Shown: positions 25,281 to 36,444 of the stretch, piece by piece
How the letters are laid out: each line of letters starts with the position of its first letter
Position numbering within the stretch: position 1 is the stretch's first letter
NCBI GenBank assembly: GCA_963924565.1
Contig: OZ004609.1
Coordinates: 18,786,001-18,850,000 of the forward strand
Length of the DNA stretch: 64,000 nt
From: Ascidiella aspersa
Lineage: Eukaryota
Reading direction: 5' to 3'
Notes under the pieces: model-generated
The model's input: the letters and a program-made list of their open reading frames with translations, nothing else
The model's database searches: none
Told to the model about the DNA's origin: nothing
Program-made: the position numbers and the translations under genes

Positions 25281-28200
25281 TTAAACATTGGCAAAAACAT
25301 GGCTTTCAGAAGAAAACCCTTGAATTGCAATACCCGAGTCATTCGACCATTTCCTCGACACTTTATTTGGAAGAAGATCTGTTTTTTTGCTATTTTTCAG
25401 ACGACACTGGTTGTCCTCGTCGCTTGCGCTTTCCCCGTAGCCTTCGTCCGAATGCGTTCTCTTCTTAGAACAAGTTGCCGAACTCGCGGAAGACACTGCA
25501 GATTTATAGGCGTTGTGTTTGACATTTGCCGAGTGGAAAGTATGCGCGCTACAGCGATAGGGTTTGTCCGAGCACAAGTTCGATTCACCGACAGAGTAAG
25601 AACCGCGCGGAATTTTGTCGCGTGGACTTTCAACTTTAACAGTCCGCATTTCATCAACCTTTTCGAACGGTAACTTTTCCAGTCCCAAAAGTCGATCGAT
25701 AGACGTAAATATGCTGTTTGTTGGAGGTTTGACTTTTTGGTCCTGACCGCATGAGAGAGACATTTCCTTTCGGCTAAAAGGCTTGGCAATGTTGCGCTGC
25801 TGTGGAGCCATTATACTTGGATTTATATTATATGAATAAAGGTTATCAGGCGAAAATCGGCTTAAAAATTGCTGACGCGCAGCTACTAGGTGTTGCATCT
25901 TGCTTGATTGGTTGTACAATATCTGGCGCATTGGATTGGTAGAATAGTCAACCTGATAGGGGTAAGGATTGTTGAGAAACGAATGTAATGTACCGGAGGG
26001 TAATTTGAGTTTACGCTGCTTTGGGGATTGAGACATATCGTTCGTGGTGTGAATCAGTTTGTCTTGGTTTCCGCAGTGAAATTGGTCCCGTATCGGCTGT
26101 CCTGCATGTACCTTCAAATAAAACATAACTATTACAACAATCCAGATACCGAATGTAACTAAGTATATTCATTAAATTCGATTAAATAGGTGCATTTAAT
26201 TTGTGTTGATACCAACCCAAATTGCCGGATACTAGAAAAAGATGCGCACCTTCTATACCACATAAAGTTTAAAATTACCGAGAGCTACAATGCCGATACT
26301 AAAAAGACAAATATATTGGGCTTATAATGCCGGGAGGCAAAAAAAGGCAATAACTAAAATATAGTTTACATGGCTTGTCTGAATGTCGCTGTCGAAAATT
26401 AGCAGAAAGCAGGAAAACAGGCACATGAGGGCAGCAAGCGAGCACCACGCATTACATCGAGATTCAAAAAGGGACTTTATACCAATAAGGCAAACCAATT
26501 AGACCAGTGATTCCCAAACTGTGTGCCGCGGCACCCTAGTGTGCCTCGAGAGATTGTCAAGTGTGCCGCGAAACTTTTGTAATTTATGAAAATAAGTTAT
26601 TTGTATTACCAATAGGCATACAGACAGGAATTTTAGACTTAAATACGCACCGCCAATTACAAATTAATAATAGTGAGACATTCACGTATAGTTTGCCGTG
26701 TGTCAAGGGCGATTGTAAAATGACACTATTGTTGTTCTGTTAAAAGTGTGCCGCGAAATATTTAGGATATTTTTAGTGTGCCGCGAGCCAAAAAAGTTTG
26801 GGAAACACTAAATTAAACAGATTAAAGTGCAACCAGGTTTGGACATTTTAGAAACCGGTTTACTCCTGGTTACACAACCTTGCCAGAAATAGCTCCGCTC
26901 AAACATCCAACTTTTACTGCAAGATCATTTCGTGTGCGCTCTAAAAATGCCTTCTTCTTTGGGAGCATGTTTTTATTGTTACCGACAAAAATTTATTTTT
27001 GGGAAACTCCCACTGAGATGTATGTTAGCCGTCGCAGCGGCTGGCCTACAAAATCGCATTTAAGCCCATGCTTGTCAACCAACAGTCACGGATACCCATT
27101 AGATCAGAATAATATGGCAATCGATTCTTTACATTTTACTTCCTTAACTTTTTTGTCGAACTGTATTTATTGGGCTAAATGTTTTTGAATCCCTGCGAAA
27201 TGCGAAGGACACATAAAGCAAAATGCCAGTTTTATTTACCGAACTTGTATAGCGCCACGAGTAACGTTTTGGCAGGGCTGCGGAGTCGGAGTCGGACTCA
27301 TGACTCGGGACTCGAGTAAGACCACGTGGTGAACATTTTTCAACCATGTATTATGAGTGGATGAATTACATAAAAAGAAACCTAGAAGTGGATTGCTGAA
27401 TATCTACCGTACTTAGTTACGTTAATTGGCGGAATACAGGCTGTTGAGTCTGAGCTGGCCTCAGGACTCGACGAAATAGCATATTTGAGCGGAGTCGGAC
27501 TCGGGACTCGGACTCGGGTTATTTTTAACCGACTCCGCAGCCCTGCGTTTCGGGCAAAGAAGAATGTTATATTAGTTTAAAAAAAATTATTTTTGATTAC
27601 CAGTAAAATTTTGCTTTTAAAATTACAATGGTTCACTGATAAATGACTTAGCACTCTAAGGAAGATGTAACGATGTATCTAATATATTTTCTTGATAATA
27701 TGTTAAATGGCCCAAATCTTTTTCTATGACTATAACATTTGGCTTCAAGGAAAACATCGCGATTTAGATAACTACGCAAAGTTGGCGTAAAGTTCGAGAA
27801 GTTTTGCTGTTTTTCTACGGTATCCTATATAATTACTTTACATTGTAAGGACAACGCAAGCTTTCACATTGAGTTTATGATGGCATAGTAGTACAACTGG
27901 TAAATATCGTTCTTAACCTGGGCAACTCCTGGTATTCGTCTAGTTTACAAAAAATAATACGCGCCAATGTTCTTAAGAAACACCATTTCAAACTTTTACC
28001 AAAATTTACCTGGCGTTGATGACGCCTCAAACTGTTGATGTGGCGAAATTTCTTGGAGCACTGACGACACTGGTAGGGTTTTTCCCCAGTGTGGATGCGC
28101 ATGTGAACGGTAAGTGACCCGAGTTGACTGAACTGAGTGCTGCAAAACTTGCACGAATATGGCTTTTCTCCCGTGTGAACCTGGGTAGCATAATATGTGT

Positions 28201-29285
28201 TAGTTCATAACGCATATGAGTAAAAGTGATTTAGAGAAAGAAGATTTGCACATTATTCCAGCATGTAATCATAAAAAGTAATTTGCTTTTTGTTGAACCT
28301 TAGGTATACTAAAATTATGTGATGGGAACACAATAATAAAAAAAATCGGACGAGTTGTGCTAGAATTATAGCCTTTATAGGGCTATAAAATTGTCTAGCT
28401 CATTTAAGAAAATGACCTCAAAACCATGTGCATATAGCCTGTCAATAAGCGTTTTGGGGGATAAATGTTACAACTTGTTTATAAAATTCAAATACTTCAA
28501 AATGTTTCCAGATAAGGATGATCACTGACAAACTATGTTTTAACAACAAAAATAAAATTGTTCTCCATTGAAGCACCGCTTTTTTGTGTTTAGTGTGAAC
28601 AAGTTATTATTGAAAATATGTTAATTTTACCTAAAATTAGGCTAAATTAATGGGTGAGTTAACCCGAAGCAATTAATTTCGTTAAGTGAAATTGATACCG
28701 TTGCATTGGTTAGCTACAGTCATAGTTAACGGTCTGTAAGGAACTCGTTTTAACCATCAAAATACAAAATGTAGTCTAAGAACTCACGCGTTCGTGGACC
28801 TTTAAATGACATAAGTAGGAAAACGTGCGTTCGCAATATTTGCACTTGAAGCTTTCTGCAACGGGCTTTTCGCCAAGGTCAGATTGCGACGAATCTGAGG
28901 AATCCGTCGACGTAACTTCGGACGATCCATCTGACGAATGCGTCTCCAAACCTTCGTCACTTGTTGTGCCGGGTGAGAGGAGCGACTCGTGATTTGATTG
29001 GTTGAAAGGTGTCGTATGTATTTGACCGTTAATCGAGCAGAGTATCTGTGTCGACGGAACATCGACCTTAACCGGAGGTGGTGGGGTAACTTGCAATGAT
29101 ATCGCCTGGAATTTTTCGGTGGAGCAGTCTATCAAGTCGTTTGTACCCGTACATGAAACATGCTGGTAGCCTTCGAAGGCATCAACTTCACCGCATTCCA
29201 AATATTGCCTCTCTTCTGCACTAGTTGCCTCGTTGACTTCACCTTGACGTGGAAGTTTAAGTTTCATCGAACGAAACGAATTCAT
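25281..29285 (-). CDS. C2H2 zinc-finger protein with three tandem fingers (~499 aa); exons 28788-29285, 28010-28180, 25281-26111
   Basis: Spliced: [21 protein letters not shown]|[57 protein letters not shown]|VHAGQ. Canonical TGEKPY linkers, phase-0 GT-AG introns, Ser/acidic N-terminus and low-complexity C-terminus. Confidence 0.9.
26505..26810. mobile_element. hAT (Buster/Charlie-like) MITE, 306 bp, in a zinc-finger gene intron
   Basis: TIR cagtgattcccaaact / agtttgggaaacacta, TSD aattagac/aattaaac, and repeated gtgtgccgcg motifs. Confidence 0.88.
27273..27545. mobile_element. hAT MITE, 273 bp
   Basis: Perfect 17-bp TIR cagggctgcggagtcgg / ccgactccgcagccctg, TSD cgttttgg/cgtttcgg, and subterminal gactcgg repeats. 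A related end lies at ~15445-15463. Confidence 0.9.
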
Positions 29286-32200
29286 TTTACTTTACCGGCT
29301 TTCACGACTTGTAGTAGTAAATTTGTGTGAGGTAATCTACTAATTCTTAACAAATGATCACTTCAACAAATATTTACCAGCCATAATTTAGTATTACATT
29401 AATAATGTGACGTAACTCTAGAAAATAATAAACAATTAATATGTATACAAAATAGTTTTAAATATGCTGCTATTGTTATCTATAGTGAACTAAAAAATCG
29501 TCTTTTTCAGTGATGGCTGCTTTAGATTTCCCGCTCGCTTTTGTATATTGTAACATAGATAAATCGTTTTTGCAATAAAACTTTATTGTTTGGTTTTCAG
29601 CTGATACCCTTTATTTCTCTGTTCTTATAGACACAACAATTAAACGCAACCTCACACTATACAATGTTGCGTTAGCAATATTGTTAACTGAATATTCAAC
29701 AAGTATTCTCTTACTCGACAACCAATTTTCGCGCAAACCGACTTTCATCTGTCCTGTCACGTTGGCGGTGTCACGCAAGTGTGGCATCTTCGAGTGCATC
29801 GCAACACTTTTGAGGCGTCCCCCTCACGACCGCGTGGCCCGTAAAATAACAACAATCACCTGTGCTGCGCGCCACTTTCGATTGCCGAGCGAAAAAAGGG
29901 AAGAGAGAGAGGCGCGGCGATTCTTGGAAAACGACGGCGCCGTAATTTCGAACACGAGTCGAATATTCATAGGTTGAGCAATTACTAAACGATTCGCTTA
30001 CATAATTCTATCATATTGAGCAAAATTTTGCAATCCATTTTTTAATGTTCCTGCTGATTATGTTTTCATTCTTGGTGACCGGCATTTTGGAAATAAACAC
30101 AATTCCCGTTTTCTCAACAAATTGTTTATTACTTTTTTACATATCTTTGACAAAACTGTAAAACGCTAGCCGCATGTATAACAAGGTCTCATGCCCTCGA
30201 AATTCTGGTTTACTGACTGCAAAGCTTTTCATTGCGTGAAAGTAGAAGCCGCGAGCGCGCGTTTGGGCGCATGCGGTCCACGCTTCGCAGAAGCAACGTG
30301 TCCACCCAACGAGGCGCTTTCGTTTCTGCGAAATCGTTCACAGTTGATTAGTCAACGCATGTTTGTGTACCCGGTTCTGTTGCCGCTTGCGGGTCGCCGA
30401 TCTTGCGCCCCTGCGGTCGCCATAACACCGGTAGAGAGACAAAGGAGACACCTTCTCGTTTTATGGCTAGTGTTTAGAGACTGTCGTCACGCGCATAAGC
30501 CGTATAAGTATATTGGCCGCAGCCGTTTAACTTGACCGCTCCGTGAAACGGTGTATTTAGAAGACGCCCGGCGTTGGCCATTCGTCGTTTCTGGGACGTG
30601 ACGAATAATCACTGACGTATCGCAGGTCGATCTCTATATTTTTAGTACCTTTTCGTCGAACGCGCCGTGCTTGTGATGTGAGGTTGCATTTTTTGTCTCG
30701 ACGGTTCGAAAGCCGTGCAAATATTGAATAAATTATTCGTAAGCTGAAATTTTGACAGACGTTATAATCTTTACGATCACCCCTAATGTGACCCTAGTAT
30801 TGATTTCGTCACATATGTGGCCAATCGTTGAAAAGCAAGCTATTATGATTTCTTTATCTAATTGCCGAACTTTACGGACATAGCAAAATCTTAAATGATA
30901 TGCAGTATGTCGTTGTGATTATTATTGCTGTTCCTGCACGACAAAAATATAATATATTAAACGTACGATATAATTAACAGCAAATCGTATAAAAGCAACA
31001 TCGACTGAACGATAGTCTAAATTTCGCCCAGCTCGGCTTGGAAGTAAAAACGCCGAAATTTAATGATATTAAGAAAACGTCGGGTTGGTGAACGCTAAGG
31101 TGAAAAATAAATTAAGAAATATATGATCTAAATAAAATACAACTTTACCAAGCATAATTTCGGGTACTGTTTATGTTATACTGATGCGTGGTTAAGCAAT
31201 GGAACGTAAAGGGTTGTATTGCATATTTTGTGACAAGCAACTATTTTAATGTATCTAAATCCATGAATTTTGCAAAGTAAATCAATAAAATACCCTGCTG
31301 TTTTAACAGAGCCTTTTTAAAATGTTGTAGTTGACGAAAGGAAGCCAAATGTTTATTACGTCACGCAAGTAGTTTATGGTTTTCTTTGAGTTTGATGCAT
31401 CATGGCAATAACCATAGAGTTTTGCCAGCCCCTTTTGAGCGGAGACAGGTCGTCGCCGTTTGCCAACAAACAAGTACACGTTGCCCATATGTCCACTTCC
31501 GATTGTTTACGGTCAATTTCAGGGAGGAACATTGCTGGAACATATACGTCACACACCGCGCGGCGTTTTCCGTGAAACCAATGCTTACACAACTATGCAC
31601 GCATTTGGGTGTCTACTTGCTTCCAGTCATAGTATAAAACAGTGAATACTTCTTCCGGATGAAAAAAAATACGATGCTAAAGCTATCGCCTTAAAACAAC
31701 AAAATATCTAGAAGTCATGAGAACAAGTCGGTTTCAAAACTCTTAAAACATTGTCTGACGGCCCCGAAACACGGCACCCATTATTAGCGCTGTCCGACAA
31801 ACGGCAATTTCTCTCCAATACATGTGTCACAATCGGCTTTACACATCACTGCTTGACACATTAGCAACCGCCGGTAGTGCAATTAGTTTGCGTTTTTGCG
31901 TTCGCCCAAGGAAGGACTCTTTGGTCAACATCGAGTTATAAAGAACATGATGGAAAATTTGTGAGTTGCCGTAAATTCGACGAACGTTAAATTTGTACAA
32001 CTTACGTATTTTTAAGTAAACTTACAAAGTAATTTGCAATCACTCCTATAAGCCCTTGGAGCAGAAATTTTCATCTTTCAACAATTCTGAGCATTTTGTG
32101 CAGTAAAAGTTACGCTTGATTGAATATGCAATTTATATTGTTATCTGTTCTGCAGTTATTTATAAAACAATTTGATGGTGGTATTGCCTACTACCACTAA

Positions 32201-35200
32201 TCAATATTCTACGCACATTTGTCTTTTGCGACATACTTTAATTAAACCAATATTCTTTTCGTAGTGGTTATTTTTGTGCTTTAATCAGGGTGCATTTTTA
32301 AACGGTAAAACAACTGCCTAATGGAAACTGTGGTTCAGTTGAAGTCGCGACTACTAGCCTCACAACCAGCGTTTTTGACAAACAGATTTGCTGGTAGCGG
32401 TCAAGTTGTCCACCACGGGTGGCAATTGTCGTAATAAGCGTTTACGACCGCCATGTGCGACGTTCGCACCGCTATAATCGTTTGGGATTCGCGTGAATGC
32501 ATTGGGCCCAGTCAGGACGCCTTCTAACGTAAAGAGCCTTCCAGGAAGGGTTGCACAACAGTTTCCCAGAAGCCGGCGGGCGCGTCAAATCGAAAAGCTT
32601 TTGCGGCTTTTGTTGGGCGACTTGTGATTGAACCTCGATTACCGGAGCCGCATTCCTCTAATTACCCAGCGAATTAAATCGTTCACTAAAAAATAGAGCG
32701 ACGCCACCGAGTGCGGTTGAAACAAAAACAAGCTGAAGTCCATTGTTGCGTAATAGGCGGCGGCAAAATTTAGCGGCTTTGAGATGAACCTTGTCTATCA
32801 CAAAGGAAAGTACTCATCTGGGTTGTTTGTTTTACTGTGTGCGGCGTTTATCGAAAGATTTTGTTTCATTAGACCATATATAGAATTGTTAGATTTATAA
32901 ATCTAAAACCACCTAACGATGTTTGAAGGGTTTTGCACATAATTTGCTATTTATTTTTATGAATTTAAAGCTGTTTTCGTGGAATTGTTCCAATACATAC
33001 AGCAAAGTTTAGTCAATATTACACAGAAAATGGTATTTATTTTGCATACAGGTTACAGTTCGTATAGCGGACGTTTGTTGGAGCACGGAATAAGTCATTT
33101 TATCGAATACTGTGCGTGCAGCCGATTGACGAAACGTGAATGAGTAAATCGTTTTTTGTTTGATGACGTTCATTACCTTGTCGATCATGTGTTTCTTAGC
33201 GCAGAAATAGTAGAAAAACTCTATATTTGGGATATTATAAATGGATGAAAATCTTGGCCCATTTGTCAGTGCAAAATGCCACTAATTTGTTTTTTAAGTT
33301 TTTGGTTGGGCACTGCGGTTGTTAAAAATAAATATAGATACACTTACCGGAAGGTACCCTTAACCGCGTGACAGTATGTCAGTTACATATTTCCTGTTCT
33401 CGTTTTCCTTACGTAACCTGAACTTCAATAATAAATATAAACTACAATACTATAGAAATTTAGCTTGTTTTGCGTTACATCGGTGCAATTTGTTTATTAT
33501 TTCATCTTATTTTACACAAGCATGATATAAACTGCGTAGTCGTTTGCTTCTACAAGTACATTGCCCGGGGCTAATACTTCAGCGGAGTTCCTCAAAAACT
33601 TTTAGCCATCCATATTGGAAAACAGTGGAAAGTAGTATTACGGGTCGCAAATAAACCGAATTGATTTAAATGTTGCGGTTTATTTACATGTTGCAACACA
33701 TTGTGCCAAATTCTCATATGCGCACCAGGGACTGCCAAATTTTCAGATGCGCAATCAGGGTTTTTTGTATATAGGCCTACCTGAACTTCCTATTCCTAGC
33801 ACATTTGGGAATCCGCAGGTAACGTTAATGTAAAAGTTGTTGAGGTTTCGGTACATTTGTGGACAGTGAGCTAATCCGGAGCATTCCTGAGTATACATGG
33901 GTGTTGATGCATTTGTTAAACGCTCCAATTCCAATAGTTTGCCTGATATTTCGCATAGGTATCTCAACCGCAACAAAAGAGAGTGGTGTACTTTTCAATT
34001 TATTAATTATAGTGGTGGTTTTGTTCTTGGAAGACGCGGTGCAAAATTACTTGGGTCATTTGTCATTCGGTTCACTCGTTTCGGAAATGCACCACCGATT
34101 TTTTAAGAGTTATCGCTGTATTAGTAGAAAGTAGCAAGTTATAATAACAAGAATAACAAAAACCGACGCACAATAATATTATCGCATTAACAGCGAAAAG
34201 CGATCCTGTGCAAAAGGCAATACCGAATATGCGATATAGGACTGCATTAAAACGAAATAAAAGAACAAGAGCAAAAATACTTTTATGATCACATGCAATA
34301 GAATTTTAACCGTTTCCGTATATGCCCAAAATAAACGTTTCCAACATAACAAACAAAAGTAAAGCTAACAATAAGATCAGATTAAAATTGGTTATGAAAA
34401 GACCCGAACAAGGTGGCGATAAATGCAGAGCAACAATAATTTGACAAATTAGGATTATTACATTATTGCAGCTGTACGCCGATGGCACTTGAACAAACTG
34501 CAACTTCATTTTATGCGACCATATGTTGTAGAATGTAGATGTAGTTAAACAGAGAACAATATGTGATATTATTTTATCAAACCAGTTATATCTATTTAAA
34601 CCAAAAGAAGAATTAAAAAAGGGGAAGACGGTAATTACTTTTGGCGAAAAGTGCATTTTGTAGACTTCGTGCAATACAAATTATCTTTCTCGTTGCGCAA
34701 AATATCATTCTAAAATAAAAAGAGTTCTAATATATTTGAATATACGGTCACATTTTGAATGAAAAGGTATAAGCCACTTAATAGAGCAAGCGTGGTAAGA
34801 CAAACCGCGAAGTGTCTAAATAAAAACCGAAAGCGCATCGTTGCGAAAGGCGGAGCATTTGCAACGAAAGGTAACCTAGCCATCTTTAACCTACAACACG
34901 TGGAAGGTGCGGTCTATTACGCAAAAAAGTGGACCCTCTTGCTGGGCGTCATGTACAAGTGAGCCGACCGATGCTCGCTGTACGCAAATAGCGACATGTA
35001 ATGTTGTTACTGCCGAATTAGGGTCGCTTAGGTTGACTATCCGCTACCCAAGTGCCTAACCTGGCCGGAGCATCACGTAATTCACGACCGGACGGGATTT
35101 GTTTACTACAAGTTTGCGACGCATTGCTTTACCAGGACCAGCGAATAAATTTAACTTTTACCCATTTTTGTGCGTTGATTGTGAAGATTAAAAACTAAAC

Positions 35201-36444
35201 CGGTTCTACACAAAAGAGGAAAACTAGCGACAAAGAAAGTCGTAACATAATTAATTTATAGCTTACGTAACAAACGAGAAAGTTTATAACTTTTGGGATT
35301 TTTGATTCTGTTTGAAAAATATTGTTCTCGAATCCAGACTGTAAAGCCAAAACGGCTACGTTGACCTATTCGCTACCAGGTTAATAATCTGTCATCGTGT
35401 GACCCCGCAAGGTGGGGCGTCGGTACTAATTTCGGATTTGCATTGTGACCATTCACGTTATACAATAGTTTTTCAATGCAACGATTTCAAAAAGAGCCAC
35501 TCTTCGCAACCCAACGTGCTTAGTTGTCAGGCACAAATGTCAGCGACCGTTTGGTTGTCCGAACATGTAAAGTAGTCCACACTCACAGATCGTGAACGTA
35601 CGCGTCACGGCTTTTTAACTGCTGGAATCAGACGTAGGCGCACGGCAGCAAAGGTTGCAACAAATAGCATGTAATGGTCACCTCACCGGAAAATGCACCT
35701 TATTTGAATATTGGGCACTGGTTAAAGCACGATCTTCCTATTCGGTTGATATAATGAGTTCGTTTGGAAGAATGTTGCGTCATGCCAATTGCGAGACTAG
35801 TTAGAAATATACTTACAACATTTGACATTATCCACCGCCCAGTGAATTTTTTTCCTAAATAGTATACATGATAAATTTTTGCGGTTTTATCAAATAGAGT
35901 CCACTTAAATACCTCCAACGTAACATAGAAAACAACTTTAAAAACGGTGGTCGATTATATCCATCTCAGAATAAACAATTTTTGATTCCAAGTATTGTAA
36001 TATGGCAAAATTACAATTGTTTGGGATAACAAAAGGAATTTCGTTTCTTGATTATTTCCCGTAAATACAACGGAAAGTATAAAGCATTAGAATACAACAT
36101 TAACTGCGATCTGAAGTATCTTCATCAGAAGTCAATTCTATTTGTTAAACAATTTCGGGTTTTTAAAGTTGAATGACAGCGGAAAGAGAAGGTAGCTTGT
36201 AGTAACGCAACACCACAAAAGGTCGTTGAAATTTACCAAAAAAAACGTCAATTTACCGAAATGCTTTTACAGTGGCGCGCGAGAAAAAAACAGCAAAGGG
36301 ACAAGCGAAAATCGGCTAACGCTTTGCTGAGCAAATGGAAAGCACAAGAATTACGAAAGGGAACCATTGCGGAAGCGGTGACGACACAAGAGAAATAACA
36401 ATAAAATACAGGAAAAGTATAGGACGCTGTTCTGTGAAGTCTCG

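Noticed and set aside
25185-25789. ORFs 25185-25673 (+) and 25397-25789 (-)
   Set aside because: They are shadow frames of the last zinc-finger gene exon.
30191-30535. 114-aa plus-strand ORF upstream of the zinc-finger gene
   Set aside because: No recognisable domain or splice partners; explained by locally high GC in a probable regulatory region.
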